From Eledone cirrhosa (lineage: Eukaryota), in NCBI GenBank assembly GCA_964016885.1, contig OZ024742.1, positions 145,080,001-145,144,000 of the forward strand: 64,000 nt of DNA, in the 5' to 3' direction. The notes under the pieces are model-generated. The model saw nothing but the letters and a program-made list of their open reading frames with translations, had not been told where the DNA came from and did no database searches. Of this stretch, positions 58,192 through 64,000 are shown in pieces; the first letter of the stretch is position 1, and every line of letters starts with the position of its first letter. The position numbers and the translations under genes were made by a program.

Positions 58192-58261
58192 GTTATACTC
58201 TGCTATGTATTGAGTACCTTACTTACTGTGGTTACCTCCGATTCAACCCGGAATAACGTAC

Positions 58262-58716
58262 TATATATGTATATATATATATGTATATATATATATGTAT
58301 ATATATATTATATATATAGATATGTATATTATATATATGTATATATATTATACATATATATATACATATATATAGTATACATATTATATACATATATATA
58401 TATACATATATATATATATGTTATATATATGTATATATATATATGTATATATATATATGTATATATATATATGTATATATATATATGTATATATATTATG
58501 TATATATATGTATATATGTATATGTATATATAGTATATATGTATGTATATATATGTATATATGTATATATATATATATGTATATATATATGTATATATAT
58601 GTATATGTATATATGTATATATATGTATATATATATATATGTATATATATATATGTATATGTATGTATATATATATATGTATATGTATATGTATGTATAT
58701 ATATATATGTATATAT
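58262..58716. repeat. (TA)n/(TATG) array
   Basis: Seen directly. Confidence 0.9.
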
Positions 58717-58904
58717 AGATAAATCTACCAAGAGTTTACGGTAGTGTCCAATCCGTATGAAGAACTCAATGTATTCCGGATATCATGGAAAGAAGAGATG
58801 TAATGAAAATCCAATTTCGGTGAAAGATAAACGGTATACAGAGTCAAGATAAAATATTAAACAAATAATGAACAAACAATTCCTTATATTAAACAAAAAA
58901 AGTT

Positions 58905-59055
58905 CACTATTTAACGATCGTTTCTAGGGTATATATGTGCTATAATTGGTATGCATATTTAACAGATCTATGTACAAAATTATACAAAATTATACAAATT
59001 ATCAAGATTAAATATACATACCTAACACATATATACGCCGTCTTCAGAAATAATG
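58905..59055 (-). ncRNA. type I hammerhead with an ~115-nt stem II, probably the pLTR of the Naiad-like element
   Basis: Minus strand: cattattt-CTGAAGA-cggcGTATATATGTGTTA...TAGCACATATATACccta-GAAA-cgatcg-TT-aaatagtg. Confidence 0.8.
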
Positions 59056-59639
59056 AAGTATAATTATTGATAATAACAACAATTCAAAATATCAGTTCAA
59101 AATTGACCAATGAAAACACAAAGGGTTAAAAAGCAGTTTGGTGTGTGTATATACATGTAAAACCCCACACACATTTTACAATAATGTGTGTATAATATGT
59201 ATGTGCATACTAAAAAGATGGATGCAAATAAAAAATTTCAAGGTTAATATCTCTGTAAGCTTAATGCGCTGATAAGAAACGCAATGATACTTATGTAGTC
59301 AAGCATATAAATATATTTTTTTCATACTCACACATATCAGTATAATCACACATACATGTGCGCATATATATAAATATACACATAACCACGAACACACAAA
59401 CACACACACACCCCCGACTCACATTTATATATGTGGATATAAAATCATAAGCAAATAGAAATTAAGTCACTCACATAAACACACTGGTACACACATTTCA
59501 AGATCAAGATACAGAAATTAGGTGGGAGGGGGGGGGGAGGGGTCAGTATTAGGTTGTCAGACAGACAGCCTAATATAAATGTATCTATAAATTATGAAAA
59601 ATAAAAAAATAAAAACAATAAAATATATTACATATAATA

Positions 59640-59834
59640 TAATGTACATACGCATACAGATATACATACACATACGTACATGTACGCGCACATAGAGATA
59701 TCTACACATACATACATACACACATACCTATACTGTCATACACACACATACATTTACACGAACATACACATACACATATAAAAAAATAAAAAGATAAAAA
59801 TACGGACACACACACACGCAACACATACACACAT

Positions 59835-59881
<47 letters not shown>

Positions 59882-59999
59882 TATACACACACACACATAG
59901 ACTCATATATATATACACATACACATACATATACTTATACATAAACATATATATCCCACACTCATACCACCATGAAAACACATACAAACATCCAGATGC

Positions 60000-60042
<43 letters not shown>

Positions 60043-60139
60043 AACATACACACACGTACACATATATGCATATATACATACATATATACACACATACACA
60101 TATATATATATATACACACACACATAAAATACAGACATG

Positions 60140-60170
<31 letters not shown>

Positions 60171-60266
60171 TTCATTACCCTTATATATACACATAGTACA
60201 TATACATACACAACCTCACTTATACACATATACACATAAGTTATATTACAATAATAATAAAGAATA

Positions 60267-60297
<31 letters not shown>

Positions 60298-60436
60298 TAT
60301 ACACACATATACACATATACATACATACACATACATATACATACATACATACACATACATACATACACCTAAATATAAACATATATAAATACACACATAC
60401 GAATAAAGACATATATTCACACATAGACACCTATAT

Positions 60437-60495
<59 letters not shown>

Positions 60496-60570
60496 TACAC
60501 ATACATACACATATACATATACATACACATATATACACACGCACACACATACAGACACACATACACACTC

Positions 60571-60608
<38 letters not shown>

Positions 60609-61000
60609 GAGTGTGCGCAAATACATACATATATATACACACACACATACAAACACACACAAACACATACATATGCATACATGCACACACACACACATAT
60701 ATCACATAGATACGAAGATAAACATATAAATAGAGAGACATACAAATATATACAGAACCCATATACACATACATGCAAACACGCATATACATATATACAT
60801 ATATACACACATATATATTCCTATATACAAGCATACACATACGCACACATATATACATATACCTACACATATATATACCACACATTCACATACACGTACA
60901 TATATAAATACATATATATACATACATATACATACATATGTATGTACAATCATATATACACACTCAATCTTACATTCATATTTACATGCTCATATATGTA
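59640..61000. repeat. degenerate (CA)/(TA) microsatellite region
   Basis: Seen directly. Confidence 0.85.
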
Positions 61001-62290
61001 TTTTTATATCTAGAAATAAATACCAAAAAAACTATATAGACACCCATCTACCCAAATTCATACATATACACTTACAAAAACAGATGATAATAGTATGGGG
61101 GAAAGGGGGGGGTTTGGAGAAGGGGATCAAAGTAAATATATGTTTCAAGAAACCTATAATATTTTCCATATCTTAATTCAATGTATGTTCCTACATATTT
61201 TCAATGCTAGGAAATACGAAATCTATGCATCACAAAATAAAAAAGTATACCATTAATCATATGTCAACTAAACCAAAGATAGTCAACATATTGATTTCCA
61301 AGGTGTAAATTAGTTAGGTTTATAATATTTGAAGCAGAATTATGAAGTCAAACAGTAGTAGATTATTAATTACATTATAACTAAATTAAAGTTAATAATA
61401 GGGAAAAGAAACCCAAATAAAAATAAAATAAAGTATTACATCGGTAGTAGCATATAAATTATATGTTAACTAAGTTAAAAATTATATATTTATTTCAATA
61501 GTATATGTTAATTAGTATATGTTAATTAGGTATACAATACATAAAGCAGATATTGTATTTCATCAATAGCATAATATAATTATATGCAAATAAAAATCAA
61601 AATTAATACGCATACACATACATATACATACACATACACATACATATACATATACATACACATATATATATATATATATACATATATATACACACATACA
61701 TACATATATAGTCACATAAATATACATACAGATACACATACAATACACACATATACATATACATATAGATATACATATCTTTTTCAAAAAATTTGCACAG
61801 AATATATTAACTAGGTATATATCCAAAAACACCTCCCATTCTATGATTACATGAAATTCTGCAATTCGTCTGTACAAGGATACTAATTTTAAGCAAATTA
61901 AAATTAAAATTAAAGTTTTAGGTTGATTAAAGCTAAAACCAAATAATAAATATATTTCCAAAATGTATATTAATTAGGTCAATAATACTAAAAATTCTTT
62001 CTCCGTCATAGGATACATGATATTATTTTGTTATATTTTATCTGTAAAAGAATTATAATAAAAAAAATTTTATAATAAAAGGTTAAACTAAATTAAAAAA
62101 TTATAATAAAAGGTTAAAATAGGTTAAAATTAATCTATAAATTAAATTACTGAATATATATTAGTAATATTTAAAGGTTTTTCAAAATTAATGATTACAT
62201 AATATTTTCTCATCTGTAATAAAATATTAATTAAATTAAATTTATAGGTTAACTAACATTTAAATTAAATTAAATTCTAGAATAATGTTA

Positions 62291-64000
62291 TTAATTAGGT
62301 TTATAATATTTAAATGTTTTTTTTAGTTTATGATTACACGATATAATTAATTCCTGTCTTTTATTTAATAAGATATCCCTAGACTTCATTATTTCAAATA
62401 GTTCTTGGGAACATAATCTACATTCCTTTCTATTATTTTGATAAGGGGTGGCTCTTTTGAGCACACTCCAGGTCAAATCATATTTTATATTTTTATTTTT
62501 ATAACTATTGATTTTTTCTGCTAGAGATGTTGTATTAGCCAGTGCGGCATTTTTAAAGCTATGTTTGTGGGTATTATACCTTGTCTTAAAATTGTTAGAG
62601 GTAGCTCCTATATATGAGCAAATAGAATCTTTAGTTTTAACATTACATTTATAGACTATGTTGTTAACAAGACAATTCCCTTTTAATGGGCAGTTTGTTT
62701 TGTTTCTACAGTTACATCCTTTCGTTAATTCTGTATTTGAGGAGATATTATTGTTAATTTGATGTACTGGTGGTATACTTATAGTTTTCTTACATTTATA
62801 TGCATTATATGCACTTATATTTTGTTTTATGTTATTTGTTGTAGAATATGAGAATTTAACTGTAGACCTATTTAAGATTTGATGGTATTTGTGGTTTGGC
62901 GGGAAGTTTTTCTCAAGGATATAAAAAAATTTTTTAGCAATATTATCCTTAACTTGTAAATTAAAAGGAGCATTATACCAAGTAACTCGTCTATTACGGT
63001 TTCTATGTTGTTTATTATTTTTATTATTTTTATATGTTGTATCATGATTTTTACTAGGAGGAATAATGTTAATGATCTCACCACAACTATTTTTAGTTAT
63101 ATTTGTAGATTTAGGTGTTTTATCTTTTTTATTAGGAGTTTTATTATTAATATTTATTATAGTCTTATGATGAGTAGTTTTTTGAGGGTTACTATACTTT
63201 ATATTAGAAGATTTAGTATTTTGGGGTATACTGTGGGTGGCATTTAGGTGTGTACCTTTCATTTGGTGTTTGTTGGTAATATTATGCTGTATGTTTTCAG
63301 TATTTTTAGTAGAGGTTATATACTCTAATCTATTTTTGTGGCCACTTCTATCTAGAGCTTCATTATAAAAGGTCGCATTTTTATCAAATACATCTTGGTT
63401 AGAAGAAAGGTTAGAAATTCTAAGTGATATATTATATGCAAGGTTTTTAAGGATAGATTTAGGGTGATTAGATTGTGAGTGTATGTAATGTAAGTTTAGG
63501 TTAGGTTTATGGTAAGGTTGGTATATACCCGTAGCTAAATCTAAAGTTATATCTAGGAAATTTACCACTTTACTTGTTTTTTCAAAAGTAATATTAAGAT
63601 TATAATAGTCCTTAAGGAAAGTTCTAATATGCTTTTTGTTTTTTTCGATTTCTGAAAGGCTAAGGTTGTTAGAAAGAAGAAGACAGTCATCACGATATAA
63701 ACCACCTTTGAGGTGGGGAAAAGAGGCATTTATGTTGAAAAGGAGAAAGAGGCCCACAAGATCAGTAATTTGGGCAGAATCGCTTGAACCCATAGTAATA
63801 TCAAAAAGATTACTATAAGTGTTTCTGGTCCAGTATTCATTCTGAAATTCAATAAGTGTTTGTCTAGCATGTGTAATAATGTTAATGTCATCCGAAGTTA
63901 AATTAGATCTATTTTTAGCAAATATTAATGCTTTGTTCAGGAGTATGGGTGATATAGAAGAATAATAGTTATCTATATCAAACTGTAGGAAAGAAGCAGA
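62291..64000 (-). CDS. Naiad-like Penelope retroelement RT + GIY-YIG endonuclease, partial (runs off window)
   Basis: Frame is open from 64000: FLQFDIDNYYSSIS, FDITMGSSDSAQITDLVG, GLYRDD, VNFLDIT, TWYNAPF, CNCRNKTNCPLKGNC, IVYKC..YIGAT..R..H, CRLC..E..LNKR.E..CNH. Confidence 0.93.
   Translation of the reverse strand, partial: SASFLQFDIDNYYSSISPILLNKALIFAKNRSNLTSDDINIITHARQTLIEFQNEYWTRNTYSNLFDITMGSSDSAQITDLVGLFLLFNINASFPHLKGGLYRDDCLLLSNNLSLSEIEKNKKHIRTFLKDYYNLNITFEKTSKVVNFLDITLDLATGIYQPYHKPNLNLHYIHSQSNHPKSILKNLAYNISLRISNLSSNQDVFDKNATFYNEALDRSGHKNRLEYITSTKNTENIQHNITNKHQMKGTHLNATHSIPQNTKSSNIKYSNPQKTTHHKTIININNKTPNKKDKTPKSTNITKNSCGEIINIIPPSKNHDTTYKNNKNNKQHRNRNRRVTWYNAPFNLQVKDNIAKKFFYILEKNFPPNHKYHQILNRSTVKFSYSTTNNIKQNISAYNAYKCKKTISIPPVHQINNNISSNTELTKGCNCRNKTNCPLKGNCLVNNIVYKCNVKTKDSICSYIGATSNNFKTRYNTHKHSFKNAALANTTSLAEKINSYKNKNIKYDLTWSVLKRATPYQNNRKECRLCSQELFEIMKSRDILLNKRQELIISCNHKLKKTFKYYKPN

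Noticed and set aside
62291-64000. Selenoprotein-type Naiad (in-frame UGA plus SECIS)
   Set aside because: No in-frame TGA in the visible ORF, the cysteines use normal codons, and no SECIS was recognised.

Overview
AT-rich eukaryotic DNA made almost entirely of repeats. The SINE/RTE/microsatellite make-up suggests an octopus or other cephalopod genome (inference). No host protein-coding gene could be supported, and the very long ORFs in the track are microsatellite artefacts. The window holds: (1) several Penelope-like element (PLE) families, including a near-complete RT+GIY-YIG element (44879-47825), a Naiad-like ORF that is open to the window edge (62291-64000, -), and many solo or fold-back pseudo-LTRs; (2) about ten type I hammerhead-ribozyme (HHR) motifs, four with every canonical element, almost all in units embedded in (TA)n; (3) many RTE-clade LINE copies with a PHD finger inside the RT, plus CR1-group and R4/Dong remnants; (4) two tRNA-derived SINE families, one sharing RTE 3' tails and one with ATTA-initiated target duplications; (5) several MITEs; (6) kb-scale TA/TG-variant arrays and minisatellites. 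The most notable pattern is five fold-back pLTR pairs whose inversion junctions fall in or next to the hammerhead and whose short arm stops at a TA microhomology with the (TA)n target. All structures were read by eye and coordinates are approximate.
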